Source: Microbotryum violaceum (lineage: Eukaryota). From it: a DNA stretch of 64,000 bases. Location of the stretch: positions 930,001 through 994,000 of the forward strand of contig CDLV01000008.1 of the NCBI GenBank assembly GCA_001244265.2. Reading direction: 5' to 3'. The notes beneath the pieces were generated by a model. That model made no database searches. It had not been told where the DNA came from and saw only the letters and a list, made by a program, of their open reading frames with translations. The translations under genes were made by a program, and so were the position numbers. Shown one piece after another: positions 1 through 12,708 of this stretch; position 1 is the stretch's first letter; each line of letters starts with the position of its first letter.

Positions 1-847
1 AGAGTTCCTTGACCTCGAGTGAAAAACAAGTTTTGGTGCCTCTGCGCACTGACAACAAAAGCAGCCTTTCTTTTTGCCGCCTTTGCGCTGGCTTGGCCAC
101 CGGAGTCCGCTCGATAGCGTCGACGGCTTCCAATCGACTTAGATTAAGAGACCTGACTTTCCCTACCAGGAAAGTCTGTGGAGTGAGAGGCACAAATTAG
201 CGTTTGTACGTGAGGAGTCGTCGTCGTCGTCGTCGTCGTCGAATGGGAGCGAGCTGGAGCTGGAGCGGTCCTCGTATTCCAGGTCAGGAGACACCATTCC
301 CCAATCAAATGCCGCGTCAAACTGTTGTGTCTCGCGAAAATTTTCTTCGTCCAATCCTAGCGCTTGGTCCTTACTTGACCCCATTGATCCCCCGACCGAA
401 GAAGCTCGAGTCCGGCAGGCCATCCGGGACATTAGGGCTACAGTAATGCGCAATACGAGCAGCGCTTAGGCAGATTTGATTATGTGCGCTGAAGAATGGC
501 GCCATGCGTCCGCGCGCTTCTTTCCTTCTTTCGCCTTCGATCCACTTGTGCCCGCGTCGAAGCTCAACCCTCCCCGCCTACGTCTTCCTACCATGACACG
601 AACATCGCCAACCACGGCAAGACGTACAACAAGGATGGACAAGTCGAACAAACCACCGCATGAATGACGTCCACGTGTGTACAGAAAGCTGAAATTTTCG
701 CGGTCTGCGTCTGCACCGCCACAGTTGAGGGAATTTGCTGACGTGTTCTTTTTCAACCGCGCCGCCGTCCTTCACCATCGGCCCACTGCGGCTACCTGTC
801 TTCTTGTTTCTTCCAGCCAGAAAATACGTTGAAAAGACAAGGGTTCT

Positions 848-1725
848 ATGAGCCTGCGCGAGTATACTATGATTGGGTTGCGTGAGTACCGGCGGCTCAA
901 CGATCGGGGCGCGACGCCATCTCGTCGATCTGACTCCTCAGTGCTCACCATCTGTGTGATGTCCTTCGACCCGTCGGTTGTACGGGATGCACTAGTAAAG
1001 GCAGGAATCACCACACCTGACCCCATCAACTTTTATGGTCGGCATGTGGACTCCAGACTACCACACGCCTAAGGAGTTCAACCTCAAGGACGCGTTCAGG
1101 CTCCTTCAAGCCAAAACGCAAAGCAACACTACTGTGTGGGGATGTCTTGGACCTGCAAAACAACAAGATATCGTCAAATATGTGAGTTGCGCGGAATGTA
1201 CGGAACGTGCGCTTGCTCAGGCACTCACTCGTCATCCTCTTTCAGATTCGTGAGCGCACGGCTTTCTGAGGGTCACATCGGGCGACTGGCTCTATGAAGA
1301 GCTATGCGTTGGCGAATATCCTGAGCCGCGTATAGACTGCAGTACGACCGTGAGACCTGTCGGTTGGCGGGAATCATGGGACGGCTTTCCAGGGCGGACA
1401 TCACAAGATTGCGCAACGAGCTAGGCGTAGGATCGCTCTGAAGGTTAGTCACTACTCTCGATTGAACAAGAGGCCCGGGTCAGTCCAAATCGACGGAGGA
1501 GGCGAACGCTAAACAATCTTCTCGCATTACCCAGAAGACCATTACCAGGCGGGTCCGCCGCAGAGAAGAAAGCGAGGAAGAGCAGTCTCGGGTAGAGGAA
1601 GAGGAGGAAGAATAATTAGAGCCGACTAAAGGGTATAAGAAACGGGCAAGAGGAGCGGCAGCCGGAGCTTCGGGCGGTTTCATCTTGATCAATCTGACAA
1701 TCCAGACAAATGGGAGGAGCCTGTG
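848..1725 (+). pseudogene. Possible decayed spliced gene or TE-derived relic, product unknown
   Basis: Short ORF pieces separated by GTGAGT..CAG introns (about 881-941 and 1182-1245). There is an apparent frameshift near 1035 and in-frame stops further on. No recognisable motif. Confidence 0.25.
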
Positions 1726-1811
1726 ACGGACGTGGACCTCAGTTTGCTGCTTTGTATTGTACCTATACCATAATACAGTAGAAAACCCTGCATTGAAAAA
1801 CTACATTTTGG

Positions 1812-1899
1812 ATGTGAGCATTAGTAAATTCCAACATGAGCATTAGTAAGTTCGAATACAAGTTTTAGTAAATTCGAATATGAGCAGAGCATTAGTACT
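1812..1899. repeat. Degenerate tandem repeat, ~22-nt unit (GAGCATTAGTAAATTCGAAT-like), about 4 copies
   Basis: TTAGTAAATTC / TTAGTAAGTTC / TTAGTAAATTC / TTAGTACT recur at roughly 22-25 nt spacing. Confidence 0.7.
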
Positions 1900-1956
1900 A
1901 CAAAGGTGACACCCATCACAAAAAACCTAATGCTAATTGCGCTCGGTCGTGCTCCG

Positions 1957-2200
1957 CACAGAGCCCCTATTGAGACTTTTCGGGTGGAAATACCAGCTGA
2001 GAAGGTTAATACCCAACCGACAGAAATACCAGCGGCTTGGGTAATACCCCTCGTGAAGTGGTAATACCCGCGCGGCTGGAAATACCAGTGGGTCGGGTAT
2101 TACCACCTCACGAGGGTATTACCCAAGCCCCTGGTATTTCCAGGCGCCTAGTATTTCCAGCCGCGCGCCTGGAATTACCAGGCCAAAAAGGCCCTCAGTG
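1957..2200. mobile_element. 244-bp non-autonomous foldback element, CMC/EnSpm(CACTA)-like
   Basis: Ends are CACAGAG...CTCAGTG, flanked by CG on both sides (2-bp TSD). About 6 forward and 5 inverted copies of a G(A/T)AATACC motif. Near-perfect ~48-bp inverted repeat at 2023-2070 / 2094-2140. Confidence 0.55.
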
Positions 2201-2510
2201 CGCGAGCTCGAGATTCACCAGCGACTCGCCAGTACTACGTAGTAGCAATATAACGCTCCTTGGTACACGTTTCACACGGAGCTTCTCCTCCTGAAAATTT
2301 TGCTGAGCGTAGAAGTGGCTGCTTTGAAACACGACGTTTTTGACTTATCAATATGAGAGTCCGGCCGCATTCAGCACAGACGCGTGACGGCCTAATAGGG
2401 ACTCGGAGCCACAGGCGAAGAGGGGGTCCAAGCTCAAACCGGAGCACAGCTGAGGACATTCATTCGTTTGTTGCCTTTCGCTCCCTTCCCAACGCTGAGG
2501 GCGGACGAAG

Positions 2511-3609
2511 ATGGCGACGTCGGCCTGCTCCTCGTCATCTCGGTCATCGAACAGCGAGAATGAACACGACGCTTCTCAAGATCAAGACCCCACAGCGGCT
2601 GCTCAACGACTGAAGCTGCTCGACGCCTACCTGCTCAACTCGTCCCTCTTTGACCTTGAACCCGTCGTCGTCGAGCCCACGAAAGCGCTCGAACCGGTCA
2701 AGGCCAAACACGAGCAAAAGGATGAGCTTCAGCCTGAATCGGCAGTCGGTAAGGCTGAGGTGCCCCACCCGGCCTGAACTGGAGAGGACGGCCTCTCGCT
2801 TCGCAGACGAACTCACCCCCGTCCTCATTCGCTTTGACACGTCCTGCAGTATTCCGTCTCTTCAGTTCAGCCGCACCGATCAAGATCGTTCTTCAAGAAG
2901 CCGAAGAGCGTTGGCCGACCGTAGCCGATCCGAGGATCAGGTTCGTTTTTCCCACAGCCCCGTCAAGAGCCGAGCTGATTCCCACAATCACGATGCGGAA
3001 CAGGACCGTCGAAGATGAATCCAAAGCCGTATACAAAGCTCGACAAAAGGCTGTCAAGTCCGTTTGTATCCCGGGATCGACGATATTGGAAGCAAAGACG
3101 ATTTGGGTCAGTCTTCGCCAGACGAATTACTCGCCCCCAGATTTCTCTCCTCTTTCTGACACCCTTAACCTTCCTCTTTTTTGATCACTATCAAGGGTCC
3201 TCTCCACCCCGAACGAGTGACCCATCGTCGACTCGTTCGAGCACCCAACTCAGCCTCCGACGGATTGCCCCGCGTAGCTTACTTCGACTACCGCCTCGAC
3301 AGTACCCTTCCCGCACCTACTGCCGAACCACCTAAAGATCCGAGCAAACTGGCCAAATCAACTAAACCGATCAATCATCATGGCTTGAAGAGAAGGGGTT
3401 TGAGATGTGATCTCAAGATGAGGTTGTTGGTCAAGCCAATTTTGAAGGAGGATAAAGGGGTTCGCAAGTTACCGAAACGAAAGGCGGTCAAGATGGGCGA
3501 GCCGAAAAAGGAACTGGATACGAAAGAGGCTTCTCCTTCGGGTTGGACATCGCTGGGTCGGAAAAGACTGTCCAAGAAGAGGAGGGCGAAGAAGGCCAAA
3601 GCTGGCTAG
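2511..3609 (+). CDS. Hypothetical protein with Lys/Arg-rich C-terminus, 4 probable exons
   Basis: ORFs 2511-2777, 2834-3184 and 3181-3609 can be joined through GT..AG introns. Ends ...KKRRAKKAKAG*. Confidence 0.6.
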
Positions 3610-3757
3610 AGCATCAGGCAAGCCTACTTCAGGTCCGACCGGAATCACCTTCCCCCTTCACATTTTGCGCGGAGTCATTCCATTGTTGTTGTAAACATCA
3701 TATTATCCAAGGACAGATCGTTTTCCAATAGGCTTTGGCTGCGAATTGATTACAAGG

Positions 3758-5303
3758 TCAAAGATGCAACCTCTTCCATTCCCGCGCCAACGCCTCATAA
3801 CAGAACTTGACCTGAGCGACGGTCTGCACCATCGTACAGCGTTGATCCCTTAGATGATCAATCGTCTCGCCGACGTAGTCACGATCTAGATCTTTTACGG
3901 GAGGAGGGATGGGATAAGTCGAGCCTAAGGGGTGTGATCGAGAAGAGGAGGTGGTGGAATTGATGGGGAATGCTAGAAACGAGTTTTCGAGGAAGGGGAG
4001 TAAAGAGGCAAGGGTGATGTAGGTCCCTGTTCGACCTACGCCAGCGGAACAGTGCACCAAGATTGGAGGTACTTCTTCTCTTGCGGATGTGGAAGCGTCG
4101 TTGATGTCGAATGTTGAGCGGATGAAGTTGATGAGGTGGCCCAAGTCCTCGGGGACACCTGATTGAACGATGGCGAGAGCAAACTCAGTTGACCGCGCCG
4201 AAACAGCTCGGACGTCTAACGTACCATGATCACTCCACCCACGATACTCCAAATGCGTCACCAGATGCCCCTCCTCCTCCTTCTGCCCTCTCCTCCCAAC
4301 CCTCAACGCGGACTCTCGGCTCCCGTCCGCCCTGTCTATCTTACCCTCCAAACGAACGCTAACATCCTCCGGTCCTTCCCCTTCATTCTCCGCTTCATCA
4401 GGTTGGATAAACCATGTTTCGCCTATGGTATTGGGGAAATACGGATGACATTTCTGCCGCCGTTGTTCGACCAAGGGGGTCAATTGGACGATCGTCTTCA
4501 TCCGCGGTAAAGGAGGGACGGCATTTCGGGTGGATTCGAGCGAGATAGGTGGAGTGAGGAGCATCGAGATGAAAGCGTGGAGCGTGTTCTGGATCGGCGC
4601 CTGCATAGGGTAGCCGCCAAGGGTAGAATGATGTCATTGATAAGCACCGCCTCTCGAGCCGGGGACCTCCATGTGGGGCTCAACTGGAGTGAGACAGGAG
4701 GCGCATCACCCCGAACTGACCTGAGCGGCAACCCACCACCGCCTACGATGTGCAGTTCCTCCCTTTGGTGGAAGGAGACCCAAGTCCGGTTCTTGAACCA
4801 GTGAAGCATTGACATAACCCCGGTCTGCCGAGGTGTCCGCAGCAACGGATGCGGAGCCTGCACTTCGATCAGCGCCGACTCGGAGAGGCAATAGTATCCG
4901 AGTCGGGTTATAGCAAATGATATCCCGATCTACGTCAAGTATAATGATTGATTAAGCAGGATCAGTAAGTTCATCCCTGTTGAAGAGTGAGCCCATGTCA
5001 CGACTATCCCGTAAACCTACATCGATTCTTATCTTGATTGCTTTCCTCCAAACCCGCACTCGTACTGAACATACTCCCCTCTACCCCATCTCCTTCCTCG
5101 TCCGACGAAGTATCCTCTTCTTCCGCCTCTTTCAATCGTTGTTGTCTTCGTTGCAATTGAGCATAGGCGAGGTGCTGGGCTATGCGCGATCGATTCCGTT
5201 CGCGATCGCTGAGAAGTCGCGCGATGCTTTCGAATGCGGCCGGGGAAGAGAGAGGGATGCGCAGAGCGGCTGGGAGGCTGGCCGTCGACGAGGACAGGTT
5301 CAT
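3758..5303 (-). CDS. Classical protein tyrosine phosphatase, multi-exon
   Basis: Motifs KNR, YVNAS, W-x-D loop (GWSDHG), HCSAGVGRTG and Q-loop MVQTVAQ. Confidence 0.9.
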
Positions 5304-5689
5304 GTCGTAGGTATGGGTATGTGTAGTGTAATAATTAGTGTCGCCTGACGTGTTTAGCCAAGATGAGACCGCAAGCTGAGCCAGGCCTGAAGCGCGTCGG
5401 CGACCCGGCTATGATCCTCGGCGTGACGTAAGACATTCACCTGTCTCAGTAAACACTGTAGTAAGTCACACTGTAAAATGACAAGTTGGGGACTACAACG
5501 AAACACTTTTGCAGCTAGAAGTAGGAGAATAGGAAGATGCAGAACAAGAAGGAGGAACCAAGAATGAGAATATGTTACATATGTCGACGGAGGCACAGTG
5601 AGTTAAGCCTCAGCTCGAGTGTAGTCCACCACAAGAACACCGGGAGTTCGATGATCAAATATCTCTGCGAAGAGCGGGGCAGATATACT

Positions 5690-7870
5690 TCAACTCGCCG
5701 CCGCCGCATTTAAAGTATCTTGCCGTTCCTTCTCCAACCTGACCAGGAGCTCCGCCTCATCTGGCGACATGACGGGGGCGTCTTGATCCTTCTTGGCCCC
5801 GAGGGAAGCGATGGACGAAGCAACCGAAGCCCCGTTAACGGGTGGTGTCGTATGCCCTCCTCTTGAGGAGCTGATCACCTTTGTCACGTGCCTCGGCCCA
5901 GTCGTCTCGTATTCCTCCAACAGGTGCCTCAGATCGGGATGCGACGATGATCGACTGTGCAGCGAGCTCATCGTTCGAATCGGCGGGCGAGGTCTTGTGC
6001 TCGATTCGTTCGCGTCGTTCCCGTCCGCGCTCGGAGTGAGGTTGAGGTTGCTCATGCCGAGGTTGCGAGCAGAAGTGTAGGCTCGCAGGGAAGGTCTCGG
6101 TTGCGCGCCGTTTACATTCGTGCTTGTGGAAACTTCGGACGGTGTCAGATCCATATCAACGCTCGTCGGGTCGGATGCCTCTGCATCAGCCGCAGACGGA
6201 GATGCGGTTCCCTCGGGTGTCGAGTCACCCGACAGCCTCTCACTGTCCGATTCGTCGCTCTCGACATCGTCCGGCTCGGGGTGCAGCTGGCTATTCCCTG
6301 TGGTTGGACTTGGCGATGCAGGCAAAGAGGTTGCATCCGCGTGTCCTCGCTCGTCAACCTGATGCGCATCCGCTGCAATGTCGCGATCGATCTGGCCAAA
6401 ATCGACGTTCTTGGTCTGTTTCAACAGCGGCAGCTTGTGCTTGACGAAATGCCGCTGACTTTGGAACGCCTTGCGGGATGCCTCGAGGAATAAGAACGCC
6501 TGGAAGACGTGCACACAGTCTTCAAAGATTTCGTGTTCGACCGCGACACCGGCGAGAGAGGCCTTGTGCGCCAAGAGCGTGATCTCGTCGCGCAGGACCT
6601 CGGCGTCGCCGGCCTGGATGAGCAGCGGCGGTAATCGATCGAAGTCACCGAATAACGGAGAGACATAAGGGTGCGTCAGGTATTCTGTATGGTTCGAAAT
6701 AGTCAGTGATTGCACTCGAAGTGAAGACAGTGCGCGGGAACAGCAAGACTGACTAAGAATTCCCTCGGCGCCGAGGAGACATTTGACGGGATTGAGCGCA
6801 TCGTCGGTCTTTGGGGAGGGCAGATAATCGAACGAGCGATTCGTCGTCCAACTCTCGCACGACATGGTCAAGTCGACCCAAGGGCTCATCAGGATCCCAC
6901 CCGAAGGCAAAGGATACCCTTCGTCACGCAGGTACATCATCAGAGCCAGCGATAGTCCTCCACCGGCTGAGTCACCGACGACCAGGATGTTTTCAGGCGG
7001 GATCTTGAGGTCGATGATCAACCGCATGTAAGCCGAGACGGCGTCGTGGAGTTGGCCGGGGAAGCGCGTCTCGGGTGCGAGTCGGTAATTGATGGCGAAC
7101 ACTCGCGATTCGAGGTACCGCGAGCAAGAGATGGTCAAGAAGCGATGACTTTCAGCGCTCATGATGTAATAGGCGCCGCCGTGAAGATACAGGATCACGC
7201 GCGCGTCCTGGTCGACCGATTTCTTGACCGCGTATTCGGTCTGCATGCGCCGCCACAAACGCTTGTTGATGACCCATTCACCCGTGATCATGCGTTTCCC
7301 GTCCTCGGCTGCATCAGCTTCGGCGAGGAACCCTCGTAGGTTGCGACGCTTGACGCGGAATGAGATGGGTGTTACGATTCCGTCTTTCGGCGTCGGCAAT
7401 AAAGGTGCTAGGTTGACAACGTCCCTGTATGAAGCCAGTTCGCATAAGGTATGAATCATTTTGATTTATCAGCGGAAATTAAGCTCACCTCAGGCGAGAA
7501 AGTGACGAGAGATGCGAGTAAGCGGCAACCTCGCGCAAGAGCGCCGTGAAAAGCGTCAACTCGATGCCCCACGATGGCTTCGGCGGGCCATAAAGGTGAT
7601 GGTTGATGAAGGCTTTCGTTAAAGCCGTGCCTAGTAACCAATTCGAGCACAATGATGTCAGTCTTGGAAAGGACATCCACGAACTTTCATAAGGGAAGAG
7701 AGGGGCAAATGCTGACCTTGCACGGCGAGGAAGGGAAGATACTGCCACAACTTGGTCAACGTCATGGGCTCCTGTTCGCGCTGGGGGATATGCGGGTCCG
7801 TACGGGCTTGAGGGGGTAGTTCGTGGCTTTTATTGAAGGGCTCTAGCAAGGTCGCCCAGGTGGCGGCCAT
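5690..7870 (-). CDS. HSL-family alpha/beta hydrolase (esterase/lipase)
   Basis: LYLHGGAY, GDSAGG, E-V-L-R-D and HVFQ catalytic motifs. Upstream exons start at MAATWATLL (ATG at 7870). Confidence 0.9.
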
Positions 7871-8144
7871 GCTCGCGTTCCCTTGCTGGCCTCGTCGATT
7901 CGGATCTTGACTGTGGGCAAGAGTGAGCACGTGACGGCGGGGGCCAGGCAGGTTACCAAATCGGGAGGGTGTAAATTAAGTTAGTTTCGGGTGGATCAGA
8001 GCGTCGCGCAGAATTTGTAAAACTCCTTCGTCTTTTGTCCGTAACTCGACTCTTTTTCATGCAATTTGACAAACTGATCGTCGGTCGCTACGCGGGGGCC
8101 TCGATGATCTTGCTCACCTCAACCCCACGCTTTTTCGATGTGTC

Positions 8145-8564
8145 TCAATCGACTTGCGCGTGATTGGAACACACCCACACCGCGCCCGCGCCTTCGCCCG
8201 CGTGGGGCGCTCGGTGCTCGGTAGGCTCAAACAAGCCCGAGTATCGGCTGAGCGCCAGCGGCGAACGAAAGCCTCCGCACCGACGCAAAGAACCAAGACG
8301 ATAACAAGAACAATGAAAGGGGTTGACACTAACTAACCTGGTAGATACACAGGCTCGTCGACTTCGAGTGGTGCCGTGGGAAACGGCTTGAACGCTGTTG
8401 ATCTCATTGGCCGTGCACGCGCCAATGGAGCGACGCTGTCCCTGTCGCTGCTGTCCCTGTGTCGACGCGATCGAATCATCGGGCGCCTCATCGACGGCGC
8501 TTGATCCCGTCGCCGGCAGCGTCGAACCTCCTCCGTTCGTGGATGAGAAGGGCCACCAGACCAT
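8145..8564 (-). CDS. Possible small hypothetical protein
   Basis: ORF starts MVWWPFSS and has a GTTAGT donor near 8338. The 3' structure is unclear. Confidence 0.2.
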   Translation of the reverse strand: MVWWPFSSTNGGGSTLPATGSSAVDEAPDDSIASTQGQQRQGQRRSIGACTANEINSVQAVSHGTTRSRRACVSTRLVSVNPFHCSCYRLGSLRRCGGFRSPLALSRYSGLFEPTEHRAPHAGEGAGAVWVCSNHAQVD

Positions 8565-10574
8565 CTTCGATCAATACTGGGATCCACTTGACAACGTGTG
8601 AGCGGACAAGCGTTGGCGAGGCGAGCGAGACAAGCTGGATGGGGTGACTTCGGCTCGTCCTCCGCGTCAACGTGACCGAAGTAGCAGGAAGGTCGGACAG
8701 GTTTCTCAAACGAATGAGACCTTCCAAAGAAGAAAAAGAAGAAAAAGGAGTCGAGAGTCGAAGAAAACGGCGTCGGCGACTCGAGTCGAAGGAGGTGGTG
8801 GAGGTGGGGGTAACAAGGCAAGATGGAAGTGAGCGGTGTGTATCCGAGATAACTCGTCGCGGTCGTCGGCCTCTCGGAAATGACGACGTCAGCTGCTGGC
8901 GACGGACATTCAACGGGCCGCCGAGGCGAGTCACTTGCGCGACAATATGGATCGACGATGACCAAGCTGAAACTGGAAACACGGGAATTAGATCACATGA
9001 CTTGGAGTCGCGGCATAGTTCTCGAACTCCGGCCCCGGACCCAGCCCCCAACTTGAAGAAATTTCGGTCCCCGTGGCACGGGGCCGCCAGACTCATTCGG
9101 CGACAAAAGACAACCAAGGATTGGCAACTGGCTGCCGCGTCACTGACTCGCACCCCACCACCACACACTGTTGCAGAAGCTTAGGGTTCAATTTAGGGGC
9201 ATTCGGTTCAACCCTCGGTTCTCACACTTCTTTTCCCTAAGTCGGATTCGTCGGCTAACAGGTGCTCAGCTTCCGAAGCTCGTCCTGGGATCCGCCAAGT
9301 CCATGAACATCTGAGTGGCCGGGATGTCTCGCCGAGGAGACCGAGCTCCGAGTTCTGCAACTTGACCCCTATCTGAAGCAACCAATCGATCATGGGCTGT
9401 GCAAAGGTGACAACACCCACATAGTTATACGGCGTACAGGTGACATGAGGGTTGACTTGGACCGTCAGGTATCGACCAGTCAGGCAAATTGGTGGAAGGT
9501 CGAACAGAGCCCCTTTCTTCCTCCTCACGGGCGGAGGGCAGCACCCGGCGTTGCGGCGCTAGAGCATCCTTTATGCCACTTGTGAATTACCTGTAAAGTA
9601 TCTATCCTCCTGATGAATCCTTTCCATCTCCAACCTATGTTCTTCTGGGTTCTCGTAAGGAGGCAGTGGTCGCTCTTGCTCGTCGTCCCCGGTTTGGCCT
9701 TTCGCATTTCGATGCTGATGAGATCGAACCTCTGGACAGTCTGAAGCATAAAACTCGCAAGTTCGGCTAGCTACAACTGAATTGCTCTCAAGAGGCTGCA
9801 GTCAGCGGGCGGCCTTACACTACGGGCATTCGACGAACCGGCAAGTCAAACAGCCTGGCGGACTCATCCATGCCTCGCTATTGCTAATGTCTGATCCAAA
9901 GCCAAATCAGTGACGACGAAAAATCATATTTTGGCCTGGAAGGGAAGCTTACTTGCCGACTACCAAGGAAGTGAGATCAGTATTCCTCCCTGATCTGGCG
10001 TACTATAAATGCGTGTGCCTCAGACGCTCAGACACCCATACTATCGCGACCACACGCCGGGCCGCACGCAGGCTTGGATCATCGCGATCGTCGCGACCAC
10101 ATGTCGTGGATTCGCTACAGGTTGGGACTGCGCCTTTTGACCACCATAGTCAAATCTCATTGTACGCGTGATCACCGAGGTCAAGTATACACCGAGCGCA
10201 AGAATGGAGACGAGGGAGCGAGCCAAAACCACTCGAGGAGGTGGAGCGAGTCGGCCGCGTGAACGAAACGGGGGCTCCCGATATACCTCGGTTTAGGACG
10301 AGGGTTCGGAGGTTGCAGAGTGCAAGAGCAGAGAGAAAGAGAAGGGAGGGAGAGCTCTGCACATACTCGCTCGGTGGCTCATATCGGAAGTGATCATCTC
10401 AGAAGGTCCGGAAGTGTATGTCAACGGTTTAATCTCGTGACGCGTGCATATATCCGCTTCGTCGGGAAGAGATGTATCATATGGGGGCTCATATTCACGA
10501 TCGAAGCTACGCCGGGGCGAAGCAGGTCATGAAGAAGCATGGCACACGAAGACATTCTGCGGTAGGCAAGGGTC

Positions 10575-11164
10575 TAAGCTCGACGCCCCTCCCAAAGGGA
10601 GGGGCTTGTGAGTTATCGGCGCGTTTGGCCCAGTTGCCCTCCGAAATTTTGGCCCTGAAAAGTGCCCTCTTGCTGTAGCATGGCATATATTGGTGCTATC
10701 TGAAAACTGGAGGGATAAGGCTTTACTTCATCATTATTGATGAGGCTTCACCGAAGCTTGAAGTCTAGGAACGCTTGATCATCTCGCTACAGCAGCTTGA
10801 ATCAACTGATTCCGAACGAGACGCAGGTCGGCGCACGGACCAGTCGTAGTCCAGTCCAAGGCTCGCCGATGATGAGAGCGCCAACTACACGATGCGCTCG
10901 GACCATCTGAGGCCCGATCGACCGAAATCGCAGACTTCGGATCGCTGTAGCTCCACCCACAGCTTATGAAAGCTCTCGCCACTCGGGGTATGTCATTTTT
11001 AGAGCATAAAGAAGAATAAGGGTCCCTCACTTTTGCATGAATGTAAGTATTTGCCAAGTTACAGAAAACCACCCCAAAATGGCCCTGAAATCTCGGAGGG
11101 CATCTGGGCCAAGCGCGCCGATAACTCGTAAGCCCCTCCCAGAGGGAGGGCTTAGTTGAGCTTA
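10575..11164. mobile_element. 590-bp non-autonomous TIR element, Mutator(MULE)-like
   Basis: Imperfect ~75-bp TIRs starting TAAGCTC and ending GAGCTTA. Flanks GCAAGGGTC (10566-10574) and GCTAGGGTC (11165-11173) match 8 of 9 nt as a TSD. No long internal ORF. Confidence 0.75.
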
Positions 11165-11349
11165 GCTAGGGTCGCGCTTGCAATGTCGCTTCGATCGAAG
11201 CCGATATCTCAGTATGACGACCAAAGCCGCCGGATGCAAGTAAAAGGATTTTTTACAACAGCAGATTGAGATACGATGCATAGGCAGTTGATCAAATACC
11301 GCCTATCGTCGAGAAGATCAGAATATCCATCAGCGCCCAAGCGCTTCCC

Positions 11350-12417
11350 CTAAAAGCCGCCGTCCAACCGAGCAAACTCACCAAACGACCGGTTGGACTG
11401 TGACAGCGCCCCGTAATTCTGCGACACCCTAAATGCTTGGGAGCTCGTCGAGACACTACGATTTCTCACCGCGAGATCAGATCCAACATCTTCCTCGGCT
11501 GCTCTAGGAATTGTCCCATTTTCCGCTGCTGCAGAGGCGAAAAAACTTGCTCGACTTGCTCGACTACGCAAAGAGGCTCCTGTTGTGCCACCTGCATTGC
11601 CTCGTTTGGGTACGTCGATAATTTCGTTCTCGTCCACTTCGGCTTCGGTGTCCGTTTCTGTTTCCGTATCGGGATTGGTATCTGTTTCTGTAGCGTAATT
11701 TTCCACGTCGGAGTCGGCGTAATCGTCCGCGAAAAGTTCGGAGTCGGGTTGATGGGGCGAGTCAGTTCGTAGTCGGGGACGGCTGAGCGCTTCGGCATTC
11801 ACGGATCCGAAGGTAGCTCTTCTTGTTCGTGGTGTTGAAGACAAAGCAAGCTGCGGTCGATTCACGAAAATGAAGGCGACGTATTCGATCAAAGCGAACC
11901 CGAGGGATAGACTCGGGTAAAACGCCCTTGGGACATGCACGAATTGTTTGACCAGAGCGGAAAGGTCCAAGGCGACGTGCCGAGTGGGAAATAGTATTTG
12001 GCGTTGTACAAGTTCGTTGAGGTACCATAGACAAGCGAGGAGGGCGACGAGGACGTGGATGCCTATCCAGTGGATACGGTGGCGTGATGAATGATGGTGG
12101 TGGTGGCTTCGACGAGGTGTGTGCAACTGCGACGGAGTGTGCGATGCTCCGGCGCTCCGACCGCGCGTATGCAGGACGATGAGGACGACGACGGTGATGA
12201 TCCTTGCCAGCGCTAAGGACCAGATGATCCATAGTCGTGTGCGAGTTCCATAGACGAGATTGACGGTGATGTCAACGACGATGCTTGCCTGAAGTGCGCG
12301 TAGTGCGATAGCGCTGGATGTGGAAGGGCGTGTGTCGATGGCATGTGGGGGCGTGCTCGAGCTGGCCAGAGCACGCGTGGCCGGCACGATCAGAGGGGGA
12401 GTGACCTCGCTCGCCAT
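11350..12417 (-). CDS. Hypothetical membrane protein, ~4 hydrophobic segments and an acidic/Ser-rich tail
   Basis: Intact 355-aa ORF with an ATG start and several TM-like stretches. Confidence 0.7.
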   Translation of the reverse strand: MASEVTPPLIVPATRALASSSTPPHAIDTRPSTSSAIALRALQASIVVDITVNLVYGTRTRLWIIWSLALARIITVVVLIVLHTRGRSAGASHTPSQLHTPRRSHHHHHSSRHRIHWIGIHVLVALLACLWYLNELVQRQILFPTRHVALDLSALVKQFVHVPRAFYPSLSLGFALIEYVAFIFVNRPQLALSSTPRTRRATFGSVNAEALSRPRLRTDSPHQPDSELFADDYADSDVENYATETDTNPDTETETDTEAEVDENEIIDVPKRGNAGGTTGASLRSRASRASFFASAAAENGTIPRAAEEDVGSDLAVRNRSVSTSSQAFRVSQNYGALSQSNRSFGEFARLDGGF

Positions 12418-12708
12418 GCTGCTGGCGTATTGGATTCACTTGGGCAGTGCGTGGGGCTCAGCTTGGGGCGTAAATCCTACTCGGGTAGAGAATACAGCGA
12501 GCTGCTAAAGAGAAAGAGGAGGGCCGCTGTCACGCTGTCGCGAGTTGTCGCACGAGCTCGCGCGAGTCGTAGCGAGTCGTCTCGAGTCGTCGGGCGTGCC
12601 GCGCCTCGCTCTGCCTCGCTCGGGGCGGGAGAGACGTCTGCCTTGCCCCCTATTCACCTCTTCCGCCCTCACCCCCTTCAATCGATCGAACTATTCTAAT
12701 TTCGCAAG

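Noticed and set aside
1961-2404. Larger MITE bounded by GAGCCCCTATT / AATAGGGACTC
   Set aside because: Only 11 bp with a mismatch and no TSD. The 1957-2200 boundaries explain the repeats better.
10041-10362. Small secreted-peptide ORFs on the - strand
   Set aside because: Short and overlapping, with no supporting splice or motif evidence.
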